A stretch of 32,000 bases of DNA from Halomicronema hongdechloris C2206 (GTDB lineage Bacteria > Cyanobacteriota > Cyanobacteriia > Phormidesmidales > Phormidesmidaceae), in the NCBI RefSeq assembly GCF_002075285.3, contig NZ_CP021983.2, forward strand, positions 870,001 through 902,000. Reading direction: 5' to 3'. The notes under the pieces were generated by a model. That model did no database searches. It was not told the origin of the DNA and was given only the letters and a program-made list of their open reading frames with translations. The position numbers and the translations under genes are program-made. Of the stretch, positions 14,097 to 24,034 are shown piece by piece. How positions within the stretch are numbered: position 1 is the stretch's first letter; every line of letters starts with the position of its first letter.

Positions 14097-16058
14097 CTAG
14101 GGGGTGTATTCAATCTCAGCCTCGAAGCCAGCTTCCCTCAGCCGGGTGGCTTGTTCCTCGGCTGAGGCTCGATCGGGGTAAGCCCCAACCTGCATCATCA
14201 GGTGGCCATCGAATTGCACCCGAAAGGCGTCAGGCACCTGAGCTTGTACTTGGGCTGGGGTAATTTCCTGCCCTAGGGGAACAAGCACCCGGTAGTGCAA
14301 CCCCAGAGCAGACGCGCGCGAGGGCGGTGGCGGCGGGCTTTCAGGGCTGTTGGCGGGGGTCTGGCTTAGTGTCAGGGTAGGTAGAGTACCGTCTTGGCCC
14401 ATGGGAATGCGGGCACCGGGAACCTCGAGTGGGGCCGATTCCCTGGCTTGAGGGGGTAACTCGGGCAGAGACGGCTCTTGCTGGGAAGACTGGGAGCTGG
14501 GTAGAGATTGCTGGGCCGGCTCAGCCGGGCTGTCCCTGGCAACCGTTGTCTCAGACACTGTTGGCGTCACCGGGGGAGGAATGACGGTCAACGCAACGCT
14601 CTCGGAACTATTGATGCCCTCGGGGCTATGAGGAGTGGTAGTCTGACCGGCGGCTAGGTGTTCTCGTAGGCGGTCCAGGGTTAAAGCCGGTTGCTGTTGC
14701 TGCTCCCATCTAGCAGCAGAGGCAGCGGCAATGGCTGGAGGCTGGTTACCAGATGCGATCGCATCTCCATCTCCATCTCCATCTCCATCTCCATCTCCAG
14801 CCTCAGCCCCACTCAGGTTCTCAGTCCTTGCCTCAGCCACCGTATTCCCAGAACTATCTCCACTGTCTGCCAGCGACTCGGCATCGCCCACCGTAGGGGC
14901 AGCAGCCGGATCTTCTGGGACATCATCATCGCTGCTGGACTGTTCTGCGGCTGGGGCCGTTGACTGGCCTTGAGCCAACTCCCGCAGGCGGGCCCTGAGG
15001 GCAGATAAATCGGAAGAGCTCGAGGCAGCCGCTGCGGCTGGGTTAGGCAGTGTCACGGTGTCGTTGCCGGGCAGATGGCCCAGGGCTGCCGTAGTCTCAG
15101 CCTCATCGCTGCCAGACGCGCTCTGATCCGTGCCTCTGGTGGCTGCGGCAGCTGTCTCGGCAGCATGCCCAACCGCCGTCTCAGGGAAGGCTGGCTGGCT
15201 GGGGGCAAACTCCACCACACCATTGCGCCGGTTTTGGCTAATTTGGTTCTGCTGCAGCAGGGGTTGGGCATTGGCCTGAATCACTAAGCCATCTTGGTTA
15301 TGGCTGATCTGGTTATTGGCCAGCCGTGGCGTTGCCCCTGGCAACACGACAATCCCAGTACCGGTGGCTTCGAACACGTTCCCTACCACTTCTGCCTGAG
15401 AAGGGCCGCCAATGATCAACCCCGCTACCTCATTCTGGGTAAAGTAATTGCGCCGAATCTGAGGGGCCCCATTGCCGACGATGTAAACCCCAGACCGTCC
15501 GTTGCCGATAAAGGCATTGTCCTGCAGTACCGGGCTGCCCGACTCAATCCACACCCCATGGCCACCATGGGGGTTAGAGACGATCACATTGCCAAGGCCA
15601 GCCCGATCCACCGCCAAAATCGCCACCGTCTGGAGCCCCTCTGCCGGGCTCAGATATCGATCGCCGCCACGAATCACCACCCGTCCCCCTGGGCTGCCTT
15701 GCACCGTCACCCCAGGTCGCAGCCGTAGGGGAAATGTCTCCCCAGTGGCAGCGCTATACTCCCCGGGCGCCAACAAAATCACTGTATTGGGCTGGGCCTG
15801 GCTGAGGGCCTGGGTAATTGTCTGCAGGGGCCACATCTGACTACCATCCCCGATGCGATCGCTACCCGCTTCCGCATTGACATGAATTAACTGATAGCCA
15901 CGGGCCAGCTGCCCATCCTGGCGGGACGGACGGGAGGCTCCTGCTGGAGACGTCTCTGCTGCCATCGCGATAGCCGCATCAGCTAGGCCATATAGTAGGG
16001 TGCCACTGACGGCAGCCAGGGCCAGGAAGGGAAAACGGAGTATCACCATAGGACACAC
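14097..16058 (-). CDS. secreted right-handed beta-helix (DUF1565-like) protein with a long low-complexity linker and a C-terminal SPOR domain
   Basis: An N-terminal signal peptide is followed by parallel beta-helix repeats (NVFEATGTGIVV, NQISHNQDGLVIQ, NQISQNRRNGVVEF). A ~300-aa A/S/P/E-rich linker includes (GD)6. The C-terminus YRVLVP...MMQVGAYPDRASAEEQATRLREAGFEAEIEY is SPOR-like. Confidence 0.8.
   Translation of the reverse strand: MCPMVILRFPFLALAAVSGTLLYGLADAAIAMAAETSPAGASRPSRQDGQLARGYQLIHVNAEAGSDRIGDGSQMWPLQTITQALSQAQPNTVILLAPGEYSAATGETFPLRLRPGVTVQGSPGGRVVIRGGDRYLSPAEGLQTVAILAVDRAGLGNVIVSNPHGGHGVWIESGSPVLQDNAFIGNGRSGVYIVGNGAPQIRRNYFTQNEVAGLIIGGPSQAEVVGNVFEATGTGIVVLPGATPRLANNQISHNQDGLVIQANAQPLLQQNQISQNRRNGVVEFAPSQPAFPETAVGHAAETAAAATRGTDQSASGSDEAETTAALGHLPGNDTVTLPNPAAAAASSSSDLSALRARLRELAQGQSTAPAAEQSSSDDDVPEDPAAAPTVGDAESLADSGDSSGNTVAEARTENLSGAEAGDGDGDGDGDGDAIASGNQPPAIAAASAARWEQQQQPALTLDRLREHLAAGQTTTPHSPEGINSSESVALTVIPPPVTPTVSETTVARDSPAEPAQQSLPSSQSSQQEPSLPELPPQARESAPLEVPGARIPMGQDGTLPTLTLSQTPANSPESPPPPPSRASALGLHYRVLVPLGQEITPAQVQAQVPDAFRVQFDGHLMMQVGAYPDRASAEEQATRLREAGFEAEIEYTP
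14763..14798 (-). repeat. hexanucleotide microsatellite (ATCTCC)x6 encoding (GD)6
   Basis: Six perfect tandem copies of atctcc on the plus strand, inside the linker of the beta-helix/SPOR protein. Confidence 0.95.
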
Positions 16059-16262
16059 TCATACAGCATCGATATCGCCAAACTATTAGCTCAGATGCGC
16101 AGAGTCGCTGAATCTGCTTTACAGAAGTTTGCAAATGCTCTCCTCCCCGGCATGGGCGTCATGCCCCTGGGGCCCTGGCCAGGTCTGTCACAGCTGCTAG
16201 CATGTTAAGTGCCCTGGCTGAGACAAACGAGGCCAGGAAACCTATTCTTTGCCTAGGGAGCT

Positions 16263-17342
16263 ATGGCCGATATGCCTGGGACATTTCCCCACCTAGCGAC
16301 TACGACTGCCGATGTCGCAGTCTATCGTATCCTCGACGCCAATTTGGATCGGGCCCGGGAAGGTCTACGCGTGTTAGAAGACTGGTGCCGCTTTGGCTTA
16401 AATCAGGAAGACCTGACGGAAAACCTCAAGCACCTGCGGCAATCCCTGGCTCACTGGCATACCCCTGACCTCAGAGCCGCCCGGGATACGCCGGGAGACA
16501 GGGGCACTCAACTCAGCCATCCCGATGAAGAGCAGCGCCACAGCCTCAGCGATGTGCTGCAGGTCAATTTCTGCCGCGTGCAAGAAGCCCTGCGGGTCCT
16601 AGAGGAATACGGCAAGCTCTATCAGCCAGCCATGGCAACCGCGTGCAAACACCTGCGCTACCAGATTTACAGCCTAGAGAGTGATCTGCTAGGGCACCAG
16701 CGCCAACATCAACTGCGTCAAGCCCATACCTATTTAGTGACTGCCCCCCAAGACAATCTACTGACCGTGGTGGAAGCCGCTCTCCAGGGAGGACTCCCCT
16801 TGGTGCAGTATCGGGACAAACACACCGATGATGGTTTGCGGCTGCAACGGGCTCAGGTCTTAAAGGATCTATGTCACCGTTACGGAGCCTTATTTCTGGT
16901 CAATGATCGCGTTGATCTGGCCCTGGCGGTAGATGCTGACGGGGTTCATCTAGGGCAGCAAGACCTGCCCCTGGCCACAGCCCGTCAGTTGCTGGGCAGC
17001 CATCGGATTATTGGCTGCTCCACCACTAATCCTGAGGAAATGCAACGGGCCATCCAAGCGGGGGCCGACTACATCGGCGTCGGGCCAGTCTTTGCCACTC
17101 CCACCAAGCCCGATAAGGCGGCGGCCGGACTAGACTATGTGCGCTACGCTGCAGAGCACGCTACAGTCCCCTGGTTTGCCATCGGCGGTATCGATGCAGA
17201 CAATCTCGACCAGGTGATTCAGGCTGGAGCCCGGCGGGTAGCCGTGGTGCGGGCCATCATGCAGGCTGAAGCTCCGGCCCTCAGCAGCCAATTTTTTGAG
17301 ACGACTCTGACTCGCCAGTCCCTCCTGTCTGTTTCTGCTTAA
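16263..17342 (+). CDS. thiE: thiamine-phosphate synthase with the cyanobacterial-type N-terminal extension
   Basis: 359 aa. The C-terminal ~215 aa carry ThiE motifs (VQYRDK, FLVNDRVDLALAVDADGVHLGQQD, IIGCSTTN, ADYIGVGPVFATPTK, PWFAIGGI). Confidence 0.88.
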   Translation: MADMPGTFPHLATTTADVAVYRILDANLDRAREGLRVLEDWCRFGLNQEDLTENLKHLRQSLAHWHTPDLRAARDTPGDRGTQLSHPDEEQRHSLSDVLQVNFCRVQEALRVLEEYGKLYQPAMATACKHLRYQIYSLESDLLGHQRQHQLRQAHTYLVTAPQDNLLTVVEAALQGGLPLVQYRDKHTDDGLRLQRAQVLKDLCHRYGALFLVNDRVDLALAVDADGVHLGQQDLPLATARQLLGSHRIIGCSTTNPEEMQRAIQAGADYIGVGPVFATPTKPDKAAAGLDYVRYAAEHATVPWFAIGGIDADNLDQVIQAGARRVAVVRAIMQAEAPALSSQFFETTLTRQSLLSVSA

Positions 17343-17346
17343 TGCC

Positions 17347-17568
17347 ATGACGTCATCTGCATCCACCGTGCAAATCCAAGTCAATGGAGAGCCCCATACT
17401 TGCTCGGCTCCGATCACGCTGCCGCAATTGTTAGAGCAGCTGGGGTTCAACCCACGTCTGGTGGCCGTGGAATACAACGGTGAAATCTTGCATCGACAAT
17501 TCTGGCCTCAGACCCATATTCAAGGGGGAGATCGCCTGGAGGTGGTCACCATCGTCGGCGGCGGCTAA
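17347..17568 (+). CDS. thiS: sulfur-carrier protein ThiS
   Basis: 73 aa with a ubiquitin-like fold pattern and a C-terminal ...VVTIVGGG. It starts 5 nt after the thiE stop. Confidence 0.88.
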   Translation: MTSSASTVQIQVNGEPHTCSAPITLPQLLEQLGFNPRLVAVEYNGEILHRQFWPQTHIQGGDRLEVVTIVGGG

Positions 17569-17767
17569 TGAACGCTCTTGCGGAAATCCGCCCCTGGTTA
17601 GCCCCCCCTGGTTCGGTGCTTCCCTGAAGGGGAAACGGTAGAGTAGAAATAAACCGTGTTCTAGTTCAGCCTTGGTGATTGTCTGGCCAGGAAAACCAGT
17701 GCTCCTTACCTGGACTTGGTACACAGTTTATTGACGATGTGACTCTCTATCGAGTTCTTAATCAACC

Positions 17768-18700
17768 ATGGTTCGACAATTGTTGCGGTGCTTCCAGCCC
17801 CTGTTCAAGTCCTTGATGGTGATCGGTCTGATTCTGACCTTGGTGTTGACTCAGGCTGACAGTGCTCTAGCGGCCCGGGGCGGGGGCCGCATCGGTGGCG
17901 GTGGGTTTCGCATGCCTAGCCGTCCCTATGCCCCGCCATCTCGCTCCTACCGGGGACCGTCTGGGGGAGGGTATGGCGGTGGCTTTGGCTTTCCCTTCAT
18001 TTTTCCCTTCTTCGGTATTGGTGGCGGCTTTGGTGGCCTCTTTTCGCTGCTGATTTTCATTGCGATCGCAAATTTCCTGGTCCGCAGCTTTCGTAGCTTC
18101 CGTAATGAGGACAGCTTCGGTGGCAGCGATAATCCACCTGTAGCCGTTGCCAAGCTCCAGGTAGGCTTACTGGCCAAGGCTCGCAGCCTGCAGGACGATC
18201 TCAACCGCATGGCAGCAACGGCCAACACCGGCAGCGCCGTCGGTCTCACCCAAGTGCTGCAAGAAGCGTCCCTAGCGCTGTTACGCCACCCAGATTACTG
18301 GGCCTATGCAGCGGTCGAGTCGACTCAAACCCCGCTGCTAAAGGCCGAAGCCGAGTTTAACCGGCTCACCCTGGCCGAGCGTAGCAAAGTCTCCGAAGAA
18401 ACCCTCTCTAACGTCAATAGCCAATTCAAGCAGGCTACAGCCCCTACAGCCACCGCTGACGGCGCCAACTACGCCCCCGGAGAATATATCGTGGCTACCC
18501 TGCTGGTAGCAGCCCAGGGGCGCCTGAGTCTGCCGACGGTGCGCAATGCCGAGGATTTGCGCCAAGCCCTGAGCCAGATCGGGGCCATTTCCAGCGACCG
18601 GCTGCTGGCCGTGGAAGTGCTGTGGACCCCTCAACAAACGGGGGAAACCTTGACGGGCGATGAAGTCTTAGCCGCATATCCCAATCTCACCCTGGTCTAG
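17768..18700 (+). CDS. DUF1517 domain membrane protein
   Basis: Signal/TM segment, then the glycine-rich RGGGRIGGGGFRMPS...GGGYGGGFGFPFIFPFFGIGGGFGG block, a TM helix and a conserved C-terminal domain ending EVLWTPQ. This is typical of cyanobacterial/plastid DUF1517 proteins. Confidence 0.8.
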   Translation: MVRQLLRCFQPLFKSLMVIGLILTLVLTQADSALAARGGGRIGGGGFRMPSRPYAPPSRSYRGPSGGGYGGGFGFPFIFPFFGIGGGFGGLFSLLIFIAIANFLVRSFRSFRNEDSFGGSDNPPVAVAKLQVGLLAKARSLQDDLNRMAATANTGSAVGLTQVLQEASLALLRHPDYWAYAAVESTQTPLLKAEAEFNRLTLAERSKVSEETLSNVNSQFKQATAPTATADGANYAPGEYIVATLLVAAQGRLSLPTVRNAEDLRQALSQIGAISSDRLLAVEVLWTPQQTGETLTGDEVLAAYPNLTLV

Positions 18701-18754
18701 ATTGCCATCGGCCGCAACATGCCTGGCCTTGACGTCAGTTTCCCTGACCCAGCT

Positions 18755-18786
18755 ACCCGGGGCAGCACAATGCCCCGGGTTTTGTT
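18755..18786 (+). terminator. rho-independent terminator downstream of the DUF1517 gene
   Basis: ACCCGGGGC (18755-18763), an 8-nt loop, GCCCCGGGT (18772-18780), then TTTGTT. Confidence 0.8.
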
Positions 18787-19007
18787 CGGTTCAGGTAATG
18801 TTGCGCCATTGTTGCAAGAGGACCGTTGTCAGTTCCTGAGGGAGTCGACTAGGGCTGTTTAGATCTATCTCAGGTCTCGTCAGCGGCAACAACTACAACC
18901 CCAAAATGTTATCGATTCGCGACATTTGATCTATAAAAAGTAGTCTTTAATACAGAAACTGGATAGATTAAAAGGGACATGAACTGTCTTAACTACGGGA
19001 GGTATCG

Positions 19008-19397
19008 ATGACCAACGGCGTTCCAGTATGGCCCCCAGATTCTTCCCCTAACCAGCTGCTCAATATTCATCGCACTAACCTATTAGCACGCCTAGAGCAG
19101 CGGATAGCAGCGGCTCAAATCCGCCACGATGAGCAGCTACTGGCCCTACTAGAGCAGGAGCGGCAACAGCTCCAGATGGGCTGGGGTCAATCCAACGATG
19201 GCAATCGGCTGGTTCGATTTTGGCAATGGCTCGAACGCGCCCTATGGTCTCCCCCAGAGCTCCAGGTTAAGTCTCTGCAGGATAAAGCCGGGCAACTCTG
19301 GTGGTATGCCTTCGATCCCAGAACCGGCAAGACCCTCTACGCCGAATCGGAAACCGACGTCATCAAGTGGATTGAAGATAATCATCTGGGATGCTGA
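19008..19397 (+). CDS. hypothetical protein (129 aa)
   Basis: Clean ORF with a GGAGG-like RBS (gggaggtatcgATG). Coiled-coil-like N-terminal half and Trp-rich C-terminal half. No family recognised. Confidence 0.6.
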   Translation: MTNGVPVWPPDSSPNQLLNIHRTNLLARLEQRIAAAQIRHDEQLLALLEQERQQLQMGWGQSNDGNRLVRFWQWLERALWSPPELQVKSLQDKAGQLWWYAFDPRTGKTLYAESETDVIKWIEDNHLGC

Positions 19398-19539
19398 GGC
19401 TGTTGCTTCTGAGATTAGGCCCAGGTCAATAAGAAAACCGCAAAAATGGCGTAAATCTGCGTCAAATCTGCTATGCCTGTGTATCATCATTAAGGCAATC
19501 ACGGTAACCGCACCTTCGCGCGGGGATAAGACTGCTGAG

Positions 19540-20649
19540 ATGCTACTCGTTTTATTGACCCGGATCCTGGTTTGGGCAGCCGTCGGCCTCTTGATCTGGT
19601 ACGTGCTGCTCAAGTTCATTCCCCGGAACTTTCTGACTTGGTTTGGTGGGGCCATTATCCTGGCCTTGATCGTACTGTCGTTTATCGACCCTAACGATCA
19701 AACCATCGGTGCTATCTGGCAGGTGATTTCCCTGCCCCTGACGCCTTTGGGAGCGGCGGTACTGTTACTGGTGTTTTCCCTCAGCGAAGGCCTAAAAAAA
19801 GTCAAAGGCCGCCAAGTTGCGATCGCATTGTCTATCCTATTGCTGAGTAGCATCCCACTGTTGGCCCGTACCTTGGTAGCCCAGGCGGAACAGGCAGTGG
19901 AAGAAGCCTATAATGCCCAGCGGGAACTCTGCACCGACATTTGTCCAGCAGTGGGCGATGTGCCCGTGTCCCAAGTAGCGGCCATCGTCGCTGTCAGCGA
20001 GCCCATGGATGCCCCCAATATCCCCGATGACTTTCCTAGTCAGATCGATGAGGGCAACAGCTTCGCTCCAGAATTGACCTCTCGCCTCAATAGTGCTGCC
20101 TCTCTACACCGCAGTCTCCGTAACCAAGGCATCAATCCCTTGGTAATCGTCACCGCTGGTCCGGTGGCTGGCTCCGAAGAAGAGCAGCAACAGAAATCCC
20201 AGGCCCTGCGCCAACAGTTAGCCAATGGCGGTGTTCCCGCCGATCGCATCGTGGTGGAAGACACCGGCATGGATATGCATCGCGGCGCTGAAACGGTGAG
20301 AGATTTATTAGACGAACGGGGACTCCTCACCGATGACGACACCCCAGAGCGGGAGCGGACCCGGGTTGTCTTGGTGGCCCCGGCCCTGAGCATGCGCCGG
20401 GCTGCCCTGACCTATGAAGAAACTGGCTTAGAGGTGGTAGCCTGGCCCACCAACCTCTACGGCTACACCGAGCCCACCGGCGATGATACCCTAGCCCAGC
20501 TGGCTGACCTGATTCCTAGCGTGGAAGCCCTGCGACTCACTACCCGCTACTGGGAAGAACTACTCACGTCCATCTATTACTTCTTGCGAGGCTGGCTACC
20601 GCCCTTCAACGTTCGTTGGGAGACCGTAGTCGAAACCTATCAACCCTAA
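19540..20649 (+). CDS. YdcF/ElyC-like DUF218 domain membrane protein
   Basis: ORF 19198..20649 trimmed to the ATG at 19540 (MLLVLLTRILVWAAVGLLIWYVLL...), which removes the overlap with the preceding gene. Four TM helices are followed by a DUF218-like domain (LVIVTAGP...VVLVAPALSMRRAALTYE). Confidence 0.7.
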   Translation: MLLVLLTRILVWAAVGLLIWYVLLKFIPRNFLTWFGGAIILALIVLSFIDPNDQTIGAIWQVISLPLTPLGAAVLLLVFSLSEGLKKVKGRQVAIALSILLLSSIPLLARTLVAQAEQAVEEAYNAQRELCTDICPAVGDVPVSQVAAIVAVSEPMDAPNIPDDFPSQIDEGNSFAPELTSRLNSAASLHRSLRNQGINPLVIVTAGPVAGSEEEQQQKSQALRQQLANGGVPADRIVVEDTGMDMHRGAETVRDLLDERGLLTDDDTPERERTRVVLVAPALSMRRAALTYEETGLEVVAWPTNLYGYTEPTGDDTLAQLADLIPSVEALRLTTRYWEELLTSIYYFLRGWLPPFNVRWETVVETYQP

Positions 20650-20707
20650 GGCTGCCCAGCCGTCTGTCAATTTCGTCTAGGATGAGGAAACAGACACGGC
20701 AGATCCT

Positions 20708-22456
20708 ATGGCGCGATCGCATCTTCAAAAACTCGGCACCTATCTGCGCCCGCACTGGCGTCGCGCCAGCCTGGGTATGGTAGCCCTAATGGTTGTCAAC
20801 CTCCTAGGCGTCTGGATACCCTTGCTGATTCGGGATGGTATCGACCAGCTGCAGGTGACCTTTAGCTTTAGCAAAGTTACCTACTATGTTGTGCTAGTGC
20901 TAGTCCTGGCTTCCCTGATGTGGCTGATCCGCATGGCGTCTCGCATCACCATCTTCGGCGTCGGGCGGCAAGTCGAATTCAACCTCAAGCAGCAACTGTT
21001 TGAACACCTACTCACCCTAGAACCAGCCTATTTCAGTCAGAATACAGCCGGAGAACTGATCAGCCGAGCCACCAGTGACGTTGACAATATTCGGCGTCTG
21101 TTGGGCTTTGCCGTCCTCAGCTTAGTCAATATCCTGTTTGCTTACGCCTTCACCGTCCCGGTGATGCTCTCCATCAGCGTACAATTAACCCTGATTGCCC
21201 TGGCGGTATATCCCCTGATGCTGGTGCTGGTCCAGATGTTTAGTCATCGTCTCCGCAACCAACAACTCCAGGTCCAGGAAAGGCTTTCCCGCCTCAGTGA
21301 TCTGATTCAAGAAGACCTCAGCGGCATCGCCCTGATTAAAATTTATGCCCAGGAAGCCAACGAACGGCAAGCCTTTCAGGGCCTAAACCAGAATTTACTG
21401 AGGGCCAATCTCAACTTGGCCAGGACCCGCAATACTCTTTTTCCGCTGTTAGGGGGACTGGCCAGTATCAGCCTCCTTGTCATTTTGGCCACCGGTGCCA
21501 GTGCCATCGCCAATGGCGCCCTATCAGTAGGTGATTTTGTCGCCTTGATCCTTTATGTCGAACGTCTGGTCTTTCCCACCGCTCTCCTAGGCTTTACCAT
21601 CACCGCCTACCAACGGGGCGAAGTCAGCATTGACCGGGTAGAGGCCATCCTCAATGCCCAGCCTCAAATTCAAAATTCATCCCATCCCATCGCCATCGAC
21701 CCCGAGCAGATCACAGGCCATCTGTTAGTACGAGATCTGACCTACCACTATCCCAACGCCCCAACACCGGCCCTCAACCACGTGCACTTCGAGGTGTTTC
21801 CTGGCGAGACGGTTGCCATTGTGGGACCAGTTGGATCGGGCAAATCAACCCTGGCCAATGCCTTACCCCGCCTATTAGACATTGCCTCCGGTCACATTTT
21901 TCTAGATAGTTACGATGTCACCAAACTCGCTCTCCGGGATCTGCGTCGCACGATTGCCTATGTTCCCCAAGATAGTTTTCTATTCAGCGCAACCATTGGG
22001 GATAATATCCGCTATGGTGAACCCTTAGATGAGCTCGTCAATGTAGAGTACGCGGCCAAACAAGCTCAAATTCATCCAGAAATTCGCAACTTTCCGCAGC
22101 AATACCACACCATTGTCGGTGAACGGGGCATTACCCTCTCAGGAGGCCAACGTCAGCGCACTGCGCTAGCCCGAGCCCTACTGATAGACGCCCCCATTTT
22201 GATCCTGGATGATGCCCTATCCAGTGTGGACAATCAAACCGCAACCATGATCCTGAAAAATCTATCCCAGGGAGCTCAGCAAAAGACAGTGCTGTTTATC
22301 TCCCACCAGATGGGAGCTGCTGCCCTAGCCGATCGGATTTTGGTCATGGACGCCGGTCAAGTAGTGCAGTCAGGCAACCACGAACAGCTCCTCGATCAGC
22401 CTGGCCTCTATCGGTCCCTTTGGGAACAACACAAATTGGAAGAAGTGCTTTATTGA
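20708..22456 (+). CDS. ABC transporter, fused permease/ATP-binding protein (exporter type)
   Basis: 582 aa. Six-TM exporter domain, then Walker A GPVGSGKST, signature LSGGQRQR and Walker B ILILDDALS. Confidence 0.92.
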   Translation: MARSHLQKLGTYLRPHWRRASLGMVALMVVNLLGVWIPLLIRDGIDQLQVTFSFSKVTYYVVLVLVLASLMWLIRMASRITIFGVGRQVEFNLKQQLFEHLLTLEPAYFSQNTAGELISRATSDVDNIRRLLGFAVLSLVNILFAYAFTVPVMLSISVQLTLIALAVYPLMLVLVQMFSHRLRNQQLQVQERLSRLSDLIQEDLSGIALIKIYAQEANERQAFQGLNQNLLRANLNLARTRNTLFPLLGGLASISLLVILATGASAIANGALSVGDFVALILYVERLVFPTALLGFTITAYQRGEVSIDRVEAILNAQPQIQNSSHPIAIDPEQITGHLLVRDLTYHYPNAPTPALNHVHFEVFPGETVAIVGPVGSGKSTLANALPRLLDIASGHIFLDSYDVTKLALRDLRRTIAYVPQDSFLFSATIGDNIRYGEPLDELVNVEYAAKQAQIHPEIRNFPQQYHTIVGERGITLSGGQRQRTALARALLIDAPILILDDALSSVDNQTATMILKNLSQGAQQKTVLFISHQMGAAALADRILVMDAGQVVQSGNHEQLLDQPGLYRSLWEQHKLEEVLY

Positions 22457-23670
22457 ACCACTTCCATGATTCTAAACATGGGCAAGTACATCGAGATCAG
22501 AATCGACCCCACCATACCGCCCAAGAAAATAATCATCAAAGGCTCAATCACGCTGGTCAGCGCCTTGACCGCCTGTTCTACTTCATCCTCGTAGAAGTCA
22601 GCCACCTTCATCAGCATTTGATCGAGCTCTCCGGTTTCCTCACCAATGCTAATCATCTGAATTGCCATGATCGGAAAGACTTGGTGCTTCTGCAGCGCCA
22701 AACTGATCATGCCGCCCGTCTGAATTTCCTTGCGAGACTCTTCCACCGCATCTGAAATCACCTGGTTACCAGCCGTGTCTCGCACAATTTCCAAGGCGGT
22801 AAGAATCGGCACCCCGGAGCGAGATAGGGCCCCAAAGGTACGGCAAAATCGGGCTGTGGCTGTCTTCTGAATCAGATCTCCAAACAGGGGCATCTTCAAG
22901 AAGAAACGGTCCATGGTGCGACGCCCCACTGGCGTGGCATAGTAACGCCGATACAGAAAGCCTGCCGCGATGATCACAGCAGCTGCCAACACCCAATTGA
23001 GAGGCTGCCGCAGAAAATCACTGATTCCCAGCATGATCTGGGTGAATACGGGCAGATCAGCATCGAACTGTTCAAAAATCTCGGCAAATGTTGGCAGCAA
23101 GAAGACGGTCATGGCGATGAAAATCACCACCGCCAAAATTCCCACCGTGACTGGATAGGTTAGTGCTGAGCGAATCTGGTTCTGTAATCGGTTCAGGTCT
23201 TCTAGCAGCTTAGCCAGACGGTTCAGCACCTCGTCCAGCACCCCGCCGACTTCTCCCGCTTGGATCAGGCTCACGTAGAGATTATCGAAACAATGGGGAT
23301 GCTTGCGCATCGAGTCTGACAGACTGGTGCCTTGCTGAACTTCTGCGTTGACATCCTGAACCGCTTGCTTCAGCTTGGGATTGGGGCACTCTTCCGCCAG
23401 GACTCCCAAGCCTCGCACTAACCCCACCCCAGCATTCACTAGGGCGGCAAATTGTCGTGAAAAGACCGCTTTGTCCTTAACGCTAACCGTCGTTAGCGCT
23501 GTCTGCAGATCCTTTAAATCTAAATTGAACCCTCGCTCTTCGCGAAGGTCTTGAATGAACAGCCCTCGCTCTCTTAGGAGAGTACGCGCATCGTTAGGAG
23601 AGGCCGCATTGACGCGTTCTCGTCTGGATTGTCCGGTGGTATCTCGGCCAGTGGCAACATAGGTAGGCAT
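22450..23670 (-). CDS. pilC: type IV pilus assembly platform protein PilC (GspF family)
   Basis: 406 aa with two GspF-type repeats and three TM segments. It is the last gene of the pilB-pilT-pilC cluster. Confidence 0.92.
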   Translation of the reverse strand: MPTYVATGRDTTGQSRRERVNAASPNDARTLLRERGLFIQDLREERGFNLDLKDLQTALTTVSVKDKAVFSRQFAALVNAGVGLVRGLGVLAEECPNPKLKQAVQDVNAEVQQGTSLSDSMRKHPHCFDNLYVSLIQAGEVGGVLDEVLNRLAKLLEDLNRLQNQIRSALTYPVTVGILAVVIFIAMTVFLLPTFAEIFEQFDADLPVFTQIMLGISDFLRQPLNWVLAAAVIIAAGFLYRRYYATPVGRRTMDRFFLKMPLFGDLIQKTATARFCRTFGALSRSGVPILTALEIVRDTAGNQVISDAVEESRKEIQTGGMISLALQKHQVFPIMAIQMISIGEETGELDQMLMKVADFYEDEVEQAVKALTSVIEPLMIIFLGGMVGSILISMYLPMFRIMEVVQ

Positions 23671-24034
23671 AGCTGTTCAAGCCGTTAACTCATAAACTCT
23701 AGCCCTGTAAGGCTCTCGGCAAAGAGGGGGCATCCTAGTCCTTGACGCCGACATAGACGGTGCTCAGCAACTGCTCACGACTCCTGCTGGGATATCCCTA
23801 GCCTGATAAGCAAAGCAGGCCAGGACCAATTTTCTGGCTGCAAGCTGTCAGATAGCTCTCTAGGTTGGACATAGTAGAATTGTCCAATGTCCTGAGCTCC
23901 CTGACGAAGGCAATATATGCTGCAAACTTAGCATAAAAGCCTGCCAGCAGACTGGTTGGCCTGTTATCTTTTCCCTTTTTCCGACGTCTGACTACAGACC
24001 AATCCCGATCGCTGTCCTCGATGACTGTCCCTGA

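Noticed and set aside
14763-14798. Short regularly spaced repeats as a CRISPR array
   Set aside because: This is a perfect hexanucleotide microsatellite without spacers, inside a coding region. No CRISPR-like repeat-spacer structure was seen anywhere in the window.
16208-16260. Possible TPP (THI-box) riboswitch upstream of thiE: GUGCCCUGGCUGAGA ... ACCU ... CCUAGGGAG
   Set aside because: Only CUGAGA and fragments of the flanking consensus are present. The GGGG/ACCC P2 pairing and the ACCUGAUCUGGAUAAUGCCAGCG pyrophosphate-sensor helix are missing. It is most likely a chance resemblance.
19198-19539. N-terminal 114-aa extension of the DUF218 protein ORF
   Set aside because: It overlaps the well-formed upstream ORF 19008-19397 in another frame. 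The internal ATG at 19540 starts directly with the first TM helix.
22450-22456. 7-nt convergent overlap of the ABC exporter and pilC stop regions
   Set aside because: This is common compact gene packing, and no terminator or regulatory structure is implied by the sequence.
23671-24034. 364-nt pilT-pilC intergenic spacer as a possible sRNA or regulatory locus
   Set aside because: I could find no convincing promoter-terminator pair, conserved structure or ORF by eye. It is probably the pilC promoter and leader.
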